This document shows positions 13,841 through 23,000 of a stretch of DNA of 64,000 nt, in pieces. Below the pieces are notes generated by a model. It was not told the origin of the DNA. It saw only the letters and a list, made by a program, of their open reading frames with translations, and ran no database searches. The DNA is from Vitrella brassicaformis CCMP3155 (Eukaryota; Protista; Chromerida). Numbering within the stretch: position 1 is the first letter of the stretch; the number at the start of each line of letters is the position of its first letter. The position numbers were made by a program, and so were the translations under genes. The DNA lies in the NCBI GenBank assembly GCA_001179505.1, contig CDMY01000466.1:1-64000 (forward strand). Reading direction: 5' to 3'.

Positions 13841-13849
13841 AAGCTCGCA
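13841..13849 (-). promoter_or_regulatory. Candidate promoter motif TGCGAGCTT (sense orientation), 51 nt upstream of the COPG ATG
   Basis: The exact 9-mer also occurs at 123-131, 15568-15576, 27525-27533 and 61761-61769, each in an intergenic region upstream of a start codon or in the duplicated copy of one. Confidence 0.45.
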
Positions 13850-14120
13850 TATTGTTTGGCGCGGCCTGCCCTAAAGCCCGGAAACGGAGCTTTTGAGGCC
13901 TTTTTCCGTCTTACGTCCAGCAGAAGTCTCCCGGCCCATCGTGGTTGTTGCGAGGGTATGCGCCAGCATGCTTCGTTTCGTGCACATGATGCGTCAATTG
14001 TGATGCGTGTGACATCTCTCTCTTGGTTTCTGTGCTGTAGGTTGACTGCTTCGACAAGACAAGCAGCAGCCTGCTGCCCTCTCGGAGGCCCACCCGCTGA
14101 TCAAGGAGCTGGACAGATCG

Positions 14121-15113
14121 ATGGCGTCTGTCTGGAGGTGCGCGAGAGTCACACACAAATGCAACACAGACGGGTGTGGCCGCATTGTCTGCCTTGTCTG
14201 CAGGCTGCCCATTGTGCTGCTTCTTCTGTCCGTCGCCCTGTCACCGCTGCCGTCGTCTGCGGCCTTCGTCCGGCCCATCCGGCTGACACACACAGGGCCC
14301 ATCCGAGTGGCACATCAACCGCAGCCCACACCGAGATCAGCCGGAGGGAGGCCGGTGACCGCTCTGAGTGCTGGCAGATTCAACCTTAAGAAGCATCTCA
14401 GCCAGCGGGACATCGCCTGTGTCAACGTGGGGGCATTAAGCGGCGTCCTGATCTCTCGGTTGTTGTTCCTCACGGCCGCCATATTGGTGCAGTACATCGC
14501 CGCCATTGACATCAGGTATCTTGCGTGAGGGTGGCTGCATCGTAAATCAGTCAATCGGCTTATCCGTATCTGTCTGTGTGTGCATCTGCGTGCAGTTCGA
14601 GCGGCCAAGAGATCGTGATAAGGTTGGCGAGTGTCGAGGTTGACGCCGCTGCCGTGCTTTCACGGTTCGCCGCGACCACACTGCTGGTGGTGCCCATTAT
14701 CGTCTTCTGGTGGAGCAAGATCCCGGAAAGCTCCACCATACCGAGAGATCGTAAGCGGTGGGCGGATGCACATGCACATCCGTGGACATCTCTTTGTGCA
14801 TGTGTGTGTCATTGATCAATCAGGTGACGTGCCGTCGGATGTACAACTGCTCGAGAACAGCTCGACAAGACCAGCGGCAGGAGAAACAGCAATTAGGCTG
14901 CGGGATCGCAATTGCGTGGGTCTGGGCATCACCGTCGGCTGTCTGCTGTACAGCTACTTCGAGGCCTTTTATGCTGTAGCATCTTACAGTATGGGGGGTG
15001 CCGAGGGGGCCGCACTCGTGCTGTCGGCGATGTTAACGTTTGCCTTGCCCACGTTGTTCTGGGGGAATTGGATTGCCTTCTTGTGGAAGGCGGTCGCATA
15101 CGATGATGAGTGA
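14121..15113 (+). CDS. Putative plastid-targeted polytopic membrane protein of unknown function (copy 1, 4 coding exons)
   Basis: Spliced N-terminus MASVWR|LPIVLLLLSVALSPLPSSAA-FVRPIRL...PVTALSAGR has a signal peptide, a Phe at the cleavage site and a basic transit peptide. About four hydrophobic segments follow. Introns at 14138-14203, about 14516-14596 and about 14751-14823. Ends YDDE*. Confidence 0.7.
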
Positions 15114-15823
15114 TGGATGGATGGATGGATGGATGTGACGCAGAGAGAAGGTCCACAGCAAAGGTTTTCATACGTATGAGGGGGATTTAAGTCAGTAGGT
15201 CGGCTGTTTATGTGTGTATGTGAGTGCTTGGCGGCAGAGCACATTAAGGTACACGCAGGAGCAGAGGCAGGGCAGGCAGCTGAAGGTGCAGGAGGGCGGG
15301 CGATTTTGGTTGTGTGGCTTCGTACCCTCGCTCATGGGTCACTGGCCTTGATGAGCAAGTTTGATGTGGGGTGAGAGCGGGTGGCTTGGACGGACCACGG
15401 GAGGACTGTTGTGCTGGGAGGTCTTGAGCCATGCGACGTCCATTGCATTCTGCGTGTACCTGTTGCCTGTTTGGTGTGTTCTGTGGACAGAGAAGATGCC
15501 GAGTAGCGCTGGGCTTAGGGACAGGTGTCTCGTCAAACCCTTAACGACGACCGACCGACGTCACTCCAAGCTCGCACATCGTTTGGCGCAACCTGGCTTA
15601 AAGCCCTGGAAGGAGGCTCGTGGGGACCTGCAGAAGTCTCCCGGCTCATCGTGGTTCTTGCGAAGGTATGCGCCGGCATGCTTCGTTTCGTGCAGATGAT
15701 GCGTGGATTGTGATGCGTCTATTGGTTTCTGTGCTGTAGGTTGACTCCTTCCTTCACAAGACAAGCAGCAGCCTGCTGCCCTCTCGGGAGGCCCACCCGC
15801 TGATCAAGGAGCTGGACAGATCG

Positions 15824-16845
15824 ATGGCGTCTGTGTGGAGGTGCGCGAGAGTCACACACAAATGCAACACAGACGGGTGTGGCCGCACTGTCTGCCTTGT
15901 CTGCAGGCTGCCCATTGTGCTGCTTCTTCTGTCCGTCGCCCTGTCGCTGCCGTCGTCTGCGGCCTTCGTCCGGCCCATCCGACTGACACAGACAGGGCCC
16001 ATCCGACTGGCACACCAACCGCAGCCCACACCGACGTCATCCGGAGGGAGGCCGCTGACCGCCCTGAGTGCTGGCAGATCCAACCTTTACAAGCATCTCA
16101 GCCAACGGGACATCGCCTGTGTCAACGTGGGTGCGTTACTCATCATCCTCGTCTTTCAATTCTCCGACATCATTGGGCCCATACTCTTGGAGTACATCAG
16201 CGCCGTTGACATCAGGTGACTAACTGACAAGGCTGGCCGCATCGTAGATGACGTATGTGTGCGTGTGCGTGTGCGTGTGCGTCTGTCTGTATGTGCATCC
16301 ACGTGCAGCTTGAGCAGCCCTGAGATCGTGGCCAAGTTGGCGAGTGTCGAGGTTGACGCCGTTGCCGTGCCTTCTCGGCTCCCCGTTATCGCAGTGCTGG
16401 TGCCCGCCATCCTGTACTGGTGGAACAAGATCCCGGAATCCAACACCATACCGAGAGATCGTAAGCGGTGGCCGGATGCACATCCACATCCGTGGACATC
16501 TTTTTGTCTGTGTGTGTGGCGTTGATCAATCAGGTGACGTGCCGGCGGATGTACGACTGCTCGAGAACAGCTGGACAAAACCACGGCAGGAGAAAAAAGG
16601 GTCCCATGAGGCTGCGGGATGTGAGAGTGCGGGATTTCAATTGCATGGGTCTGGGCCTCGCCGTTGGCGGCTCTCTGTACAGCTGCCTTGAGATTCTTTT
16701 TGATGTAGTATCTTGGAGTATGGCGGGTGTCCAGGTGAAAGACCCCCTGGCGCTGTCGCTGATGGCCGCCTACTTCGCCGTGGCCACGTCGTTCTGGCGG
16801 TCTACGGTGGCCTCCTGGTGGAAGGACGTCGTAGACGATGAGTGA
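15824..16845 (+). pseudogene. Paralog of the 14121-15113 gene (copy 2), with an apparent frameshift in the last exon
   Basis: Same leader and exon structure as copy 1. The last exon starts in the RDVPADVRLLEN frame, but the homologous C-terminal TM region (MRLRD..CMGLGLAVGG..DDE*) is in the +1 frame. The shift is near 16581-16606 and includes an A6 run, so a homopolymer error cannot be excluded. Confidence 0.55.
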
Positions 16846-17525
16846 TGGATGGATGGATGGATGTGACGCAGAGAGAAGGTCCACAGCAAAGGCTTTTGTA
16901 CTGTATGAGGGAGGGATTTAAGTCAGTAGGTCGGCTGTTTATGTGTGTATGTGAGTGTGTGGGCATAAGGTACACAGGAGCAGAGGCAGGGCAGGCAGCT
17001 CCAGATGCATGCAGGTCGGGCGATTTTGGTTGTGTGGCTTCGTACCCTCGCTCATGGGTCACTGGCCTTGATGAGCAAGTTTGATGTGGGGTGAGTGCGG
17101 GGGGGCTGAACGGACCACGGGAGGACTGGTTGGATGGCTTTTTGAGTGGACAATCGGCGATGAGAGGATAAAGTGTGTGTTTGCTACTTCTGTGTGTCGT
17201 GGGTGGGTGCGCATGGAATTGCGTTGATGGAAAAGGACATGAGGGCGTGTCAGTCGAAGAATGAAGACGTCAATGGCCAGCCGGCATAAGATGGACTCAG
17301 CCGTCCAGACAAATAGTGCATCATGCGACCGACTTCCGCGTCTTTCACTGCACAAATAGACCAGGAACAACAAATCGGACTTACGAGACGACACCTGTCT
17401 GTCTGCCTGTCTGCACACAGCCCTGGCTCCTCCCTCCCTGCTGGAGCACCGGCTTGTTAGTCACCAACGCACACAAACACACACTCACACACCAACCACA
17501 CATCAACAATCGTCCTGTCTGTCGG

Positions 17526-18428
17526 CTAGCCCTGTTCCCTGTCCTTGAGCCTGGTCCGCCTGCTGCGGGTTTTCTCGTCGAGGCTCTCTGTGACGGGCAC
17601 CGCTTCAGCCACCACCATGGGATCATGGATGCGCAGATTCAACGCCACATCCTCAACACGCGCCTGCAGCCAGTCAGTCAACACCCACGCAGGAATCGCG
17701 CGCACACTCTTTCCTTGCTTTGCTTACGATGGCGTCCTCGTATGCGACGGCCTCTGAGTGTTTCTGGACGGTTGTCCAGAGCTGCCGCGCCTGATCGATG
17801 CTCATGTGGGGGACGTGCCTGCACAGGGCGGCCACAAAGCCGTCCTCCGTGTACTCGGGATCGTCATACACTATCACCTGGAAGAAACACACACACACAC
17901 AGAGAGAGAGAGAGTGTGTGTGTGTGTGTGTGTTGACTGACTGACGGCTCTGAATGGTTGCCTCCTTCCTGACCATGCCTTGTGGGAGCTTCTTCTTGGT
18001 GCCGAAGACAGCGGTCTCCTCGGGCACCAGCTCCTCGTCACTCCACGGCTGACATGCACACTCACACACACACACGGGCACACGCATCCGCAGACGGACA
18101 GACCGAGGCCATTCGCACACACCATTCATGTCCTTCTCTTATGTACCTGTGCCTCGTCTTCGCGCACTCTGTCCCTGGTCTTGAGCCGGGGTGTCAACAG
18201 CTGTTTGGAACCAATGGCCTCTTGAGGTTTGGGCTGACCCAACGCACCGCCGTCACTCGACATCAGCAGCAGGCGGACCGAAGCACGCCGCCTCAGTTTG
18301 TGAGATGGGAGTGACCGCCACTCATCGATCTGGTGCAGTGATGTGAAGGCGATGGACAGGGAGGGCAGCTCGGCGATGAAGGGCAGGAGAAGATACCAGA
18401 CCAGCGCTGAGAGGTCGGGGTGAAGCAT
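17526..18428 (-). CDS. Putative plastid-targeted ClpS-like N-degron adaptor
   Basis: Leader MLHPDLSALVWYLLLPFIAELPSLSIA-F followed by an Arg-rich transit-like segment. The spliced core VIVYDDPEYTEDGFVAALCRHVPHMSIDQARQLWTTVQKHSEAVAYEDAI|ARVEDVALNL aligns by eye with the ClpS core (VLLHNDD..FVV.VL...PGM....A..IM..AH..G.AV). TAG at 17528-17526. Confidence 0.6.
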
Positions 18429-19025
18429 GGTCGTCAGGAAGCGCAGATCAGTGCTCCGGCTATTCTACGGAGATGAGGCCGATGAAGCTGCTTTTGGGCA
18501 GAGGTTTCACGATTCAGGGTTTTCGGCTTCCAGGGTTTGAACCTTCGAGTCAGGAGTGCCATGAAGGTTGAACAAAAAGGGTCTCTTCTCCCACCGACCG
18601 CGTCATGCAGCTAGATAGTTGTGTCAAGGCTTGTCTACGGATGCAGCATCCATGTCAGCAGAGTGCTGACACCATGTGGTGTGAGTGTCGCCACTGCCAC
18701 CTGATTGATGGACGTCGCTATGCTATGCTATGTATGCTGAGTGAGTGAATGAGTGAGTGACCACCCCTCTGGTGTGAGCCGCAACCTACCACCCACCCGA
18801 CCACTCTCAGCCAGCTGACTAAGCGAGAGACCGACCAGACCAACTCAGACACACAAACCACCACACATCACACATCACACTGCACACTACTCTCACAACG
18901 CCCACCACACACACACACACACACATCACCCGATATCATCACACACATCACGTGCCACGAAACGAACCAGGAATGGATAAAGGGATGATAAAGCCTCTCT
19001 CAATCACTCAGACGGCGCACTGCAC

Positions 19026-19781
19026 TCAAAAGGGCGCCGCGACGTTGTCGGCCCTCCTGAGATGGAACCTCTGCCCTGCAAACAAACAAACAAACAAACA
19101 AACAACGATGAGTGAGTGAGTGCACAGAAAGCTGTATCTCAGTCCATGCGCACCTCTTGGCGTCATCCTCCGCAAGTTCACATCGTCGACCTCCCCATTT
19201 GTCTCAAGTGTCTCACCCGCCTACACACACACCACACCACAACAGACACAGACACGCCATCATAAGTGCATCCGTGACCACGTCTGATCGACAAGTCGCT
19301 GTCTGCTCGTCGAGCCCACCCCACCTACCTGATCCGCTGCGGTCGTGTTGGTGATGAACTCGATGATCTCGTCCGCCGGATGGTATCCGTCAAAAGTAGC
19401 GGGCGTCTTGCCCTTTATGAAGAGCCTGAGGCTCGGGTAGCCCGGCAGAGCATATCTGTCGCACACGTCGGGGTTGCCGTCGGCCTCGCAGTCGACCTTG
19501 ATGAACTTGACAGGCGGCTCGTGCGAGGTCAGATTCGCCGCCGCGGTGTCCATCGCAGGCAGGGTCCGCTGAGACCACCCACACCAGGGGGCGTAGAACA
19601 TGACCATCACGTATCGGTTGCCCTTGATGATCTCGTCGAACTCCGCCCCTCCAGTCACATTCAGCACCTCCGCTGTCACAGTGGCGTTACCCACCTGCCC
19701 GCTCACCGAGGCGGGATAGCCGCTGAGCAGGAGGAGGGGCACAGCAAGATTGATCAAGAGGCGCGGCTGCATGGCTGGCAT
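19026..19781 (-). CDS. Secretory-pathway single thioredoxin-domain (PDI-like) protein with WCGWS active site
   Basis: Signal peptide MPAMQPRLLINLAVPLLLLSGYPASVSG. Thioredoxin a-domain motifs VMVMFYAPWCGWS, FIKVDC and ALPGYPSLRLF. The 3' exons beyond the donor near 19329 are tentative. Confidence 0.8.
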
Positions 19782-19932
19782 GGCTGGTCGGATAGAGAAA
19801 AAGGTGCTGATGGTGAGCGTCGGCGGCGTGTGTGCTGGGAGGGTCACACTCGATGGCGAGGGAGGAGGGGACGAAGGGGAAGAGAGGGGAGGAGAGAAAA
19901 AACGCAGATCTCTCAAACTTCGGTTCCTTTCA

Positions 19933-19963
19933 GGGTTTTGGGTCAAGGGTTTTGGGTCAAGGG
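19933..19963 (+). repeat. Five GGG tracts with 4-nt loops (14-nt direct repeat agggttttgggtca); G-quadruplex-compatible and telomere-like
   Basis: gggttttgggtcaagggttttgggtcaaggg, read directly in the divergent intergenic region between the PDI-like and PHD-PINIT genes. Confidence 0.6.
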
Positions 19964-20088
19964 TTTGGAAAACCCAAGAGCCAACGTGTCACCTGCACAA
20001 CAATGAGAAGGTCCGCATCAGAGATGCAGAGGTGAGGGAAGGAGGAGGCGCAAGCAGGGCGACAGGCAGTGCATCTGTGTTAATGTGA

Positions 20089-23000
20089 ATGCACCTCACA
20101 CACACGTCCCCAGTCGACAACGACCAGCCGGCGTCATCCAGTGCGTCGGCTGCCGCTGCTGCTGCTTCGGCCGGAGGAGGAGGTGGCGGTGGCAATGGCG
20201 TGGTGTCTGATGCGTGTCTGTGCCAGTGGATGGTGGACAGAATGGCAGATGTGGGTGAGCAAGGAGGAGCCACCCTTCCCTGCACACTGTGCCAGCAGAT
20301 ATACGTACGCACGGGAGAAGGAAAAGGAAACAAAACGAGACGCTTGATGTGTGTAGCTCTGTGTGTGTGTGTGTGTGTGTGTGCAGCACGAGGGGTGCGT
20401 GCAGTACTACGGCGAGAGGCGCCTGTTCGTCTGCCACATGTGCCGCTTCCGACAGATGGACCCTGGCAGACAATTAGTACACACATTCGCCACACACAGC
20501 ACACTGCAGCACAGGACACGAGTGTCGTCGTGGGCATGGACGGATGGATGGATGGATGGATGGCAGGTTGGGCGTCCCATGTGGTTATGTGCGCTGGGTG
20601 GCGGCAAAGACAGACGGGACCACCTCATCGACATGGAGAGACTTCTTGACGGGCGCCTGTGGTGGTCAGCCATGCACGCAACACAGACATCCGCGCGCAC
20701 ACACACATGCCACGTCATGTTCGCTATGCTCAGGGAGCGGCAGGCGATTGTCGTGCGGTGTCTGTCGGCCCACGACTCCTCCCCCAGACAAACGTGGCCT
20801 GAGGAACTGGATGTGACCGTCAACAGCGAGGTGGGCACATACACACACACACACACATACACACGCAACACAGCAGCCACCCGTGTGTGTGTATGTTGGG
20901 TGCAGCTGGCGATCCGATTCAAGAGGCAGCAGGCCGAGCGAGAAGAGCCCAGAGATGTACTCGGCCGCACACACACACACACACAGTCCATCTGATCCAT
21001 GTGTGTGTGTGTGTGTGTGTGCAGGTGACAAGATACTTCCTCACACACACCGTCAGCAACGTCACCGTCGAGTACCGCAACCCGCCCTCAGACGTACCCA
21101 CACACCACACCACACCACACCACACCACACCGATGTATCAGTGGCTGGATGGATGGATGGATGTCATATGTGTTGTGGTGTGTTGTGGTGTGGTGTGGTG
21201 TGTTGTGGTGTGTGTGCAGATTCGTATCCTGGGGTTCTTCGTGACCTCTCACGACCCCTGGGCCGACACGAATGTGCGCCGTCCGCCGACAAACTCACAG
21301 ACACGACAGACAGACAGACAGGCAGACAGACAGACGACCAAACCAACCTGCCTGCGTCACTCTCTCTCCCCTTCTGTGTTTGCTGTGCTATGTGTGTTTG
21401 ATGCACCGGTGCTGCGTCCATCCATCCATCCCTGCAGAGTCCCACATCGCAGCGGCAGAGTCTCAGGGACTTCTACGACAACGGGCCAGCGCCAGCACAA
21501 CCGCCAGCGCCACCAGCAGCAGCAGCGGCAGCAGCAGCAGCGCCGTCCTCGAAAGTCTTGACGGGGCGCAAGGCGACGGGGGGCAAGGCGTGAGCAAAGC
21601 ACTCACTCCACACACACACACACACACACACAGAGACACCCATGTGAAGCGTCACTGGGTGTCGTTGTGCTGCATGCAGGCCGAGGAAACAGGTAGCGAC
21701 GCTGCGCAGTGCCCCAGCAGCTGCCGCCAGTGCCGCAGCAGGGGCATCACCACCACCAGCAGCAGCAGCAGCAGCGCCGTCCTCGAAAGCCTGGACAGGG
21801 CGGCTCATGTGAGCAAAGCACTCACTCCATACAGACGCACACGCACACGCACACGCACACGCACACGCACACACAGACACAGACACAGACACAGACACAC
21901 AGACACCCATGTGAAGCGGCACGTGTCTGAGGTGTCTTTGTGCTGCATGCAGGCCGAGGGGTCAGCTGGCGACGCTGCCCAGTGGGTGGTGTGGCAGGAT
22001 GCAGAACCTCGGTGGGCCGTTTCCTAGCGGGGTGGCGTTTCTTAGCGGGGTGCCGTCTCGGCCCCAACCAGCACGCGACACCGAGGAGGAAAGGTGGGCG
22101 GCTGGGTGGAGGCGGGAGACAGACGCTGCCAGATACGAGTATTCGCCCCTCACTCTCACTCTCACTGTCTGTCTTTCCGTCCCCTTAATGGCTGCAGCGG
22201 TGGGCCATCGCGCGGTCGTTCGAGCAGCGTCCCCCGGTGGGTGTCGGCAGCACCCACCAGCCCCTCGGCCGCCCCCAACAGGTCAGCGTCGGCTCCACCA
22301 TCCCCAGCCAACAGAGAAACGTCTGCCGCCAGTGCCCCAGCAGCTGCCGCCAGTGCCGCAGCAGGAGCACCACCACCACCAGCAGCGGCAGCAGCAGCAG
22401 CAGCAGGTGGTGGTGGTGGTCCCATCAGGTGGCATTCAAGGACATGGCGGATGGACCTATCGGACGTCGCTGATGGGATGGATATGGATGACGACCGTAA
22501 CGGCCGGGACGATGACGACTCCGACTCCGACGAGGACATGCGGCCGATGAAGGAAAGGCTGGCCGGCCGGTTGCCGAAGGATGGCCTGGGGTTTTTCAGG
22601 TCCAGACGGGCCCCAAACATACCCGCAGAGTGAGCGGGGAAGTCGGCAAGCACAGACAGGACAGACAGTGATGAAGATGACCCCCCCCACCCCACACAGA
22701 CACACGTGGTGGCTGGACGTGTGTCTGTGTGTGCCAGGCCTGAGAGCCCAGGGGATCCGACCAAGTGCTGCTTGTGTAAGGTTGGCGAGCCGGCGGTGTG
22801 TCTGCAGCCGTGCGGCCACCTGCTGTGCGGAAGGTGCTTCGCCAGCAGGCCACTCGAGACTCTCGGCGGTCTCGAGAGGGCAGAGGAAGCCTTTGAGGCA
22901 GACCTGGTGCGTGCGGCAAACACCACCGACAAACACACATACTGCGTGAATGTGTGTGTCGATATGGGATGACTCCTCTCTCTCATTGTGTGTGTGTGTG

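Larger units (their letters stand above)
13830..17130. repeat. Tandem segmental duplication of about 1.7 kb (units about 13830-15420 and 15555-17130)
   Basis: The same upstream region (cgtcactc..aagctcgca), 5' exons, introns, CDS and 3' flank appear twice. Positions 15297-15375 and 17017-17095 are identical over 79 nt. Confidence 0.9.

Noticed and set aside
13966-14389. Spliced overlapping upstream ORF (MLRFVHMMRQ...) over the tandem gene leader
   Set aside because: Copy 2 has an indel and an early stop in this frame, so it is not conserved.
16591-16601. A6G run as a programmed -1 ribosomal frameshift site
   Set aside because: Restoring the paralog frame needs +1 or -2, not -1, and the heptamer is not in the X_XXY_YYZ register.
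17007-17016. TGCATGCA (ApiAP2-type) motif occurrences
   Set aside because: It also occurs in introns and at splice acceptors (for example ...tgcatgcag), with no upstream enrichment visible.
17059-17418. Minus-strand ORFs ending SPHIKLAHQGQ* (also 15339-15536)
   Set aside because: The shared ending is simply the duplicated 79-nt block read antisense. The upstream parts are unrelated, and no domain is evident.
21220-22740. Reading the spacer as ESHIAAAESQ...QCPSSCRQCRS, with a stop at 22027 splitting the gene
   Set aside because: The alternative frame (SPTSQRQSLRDFYDNG...) satisfies all splice phases and reads the repeated unit in the same frame at all three copies.
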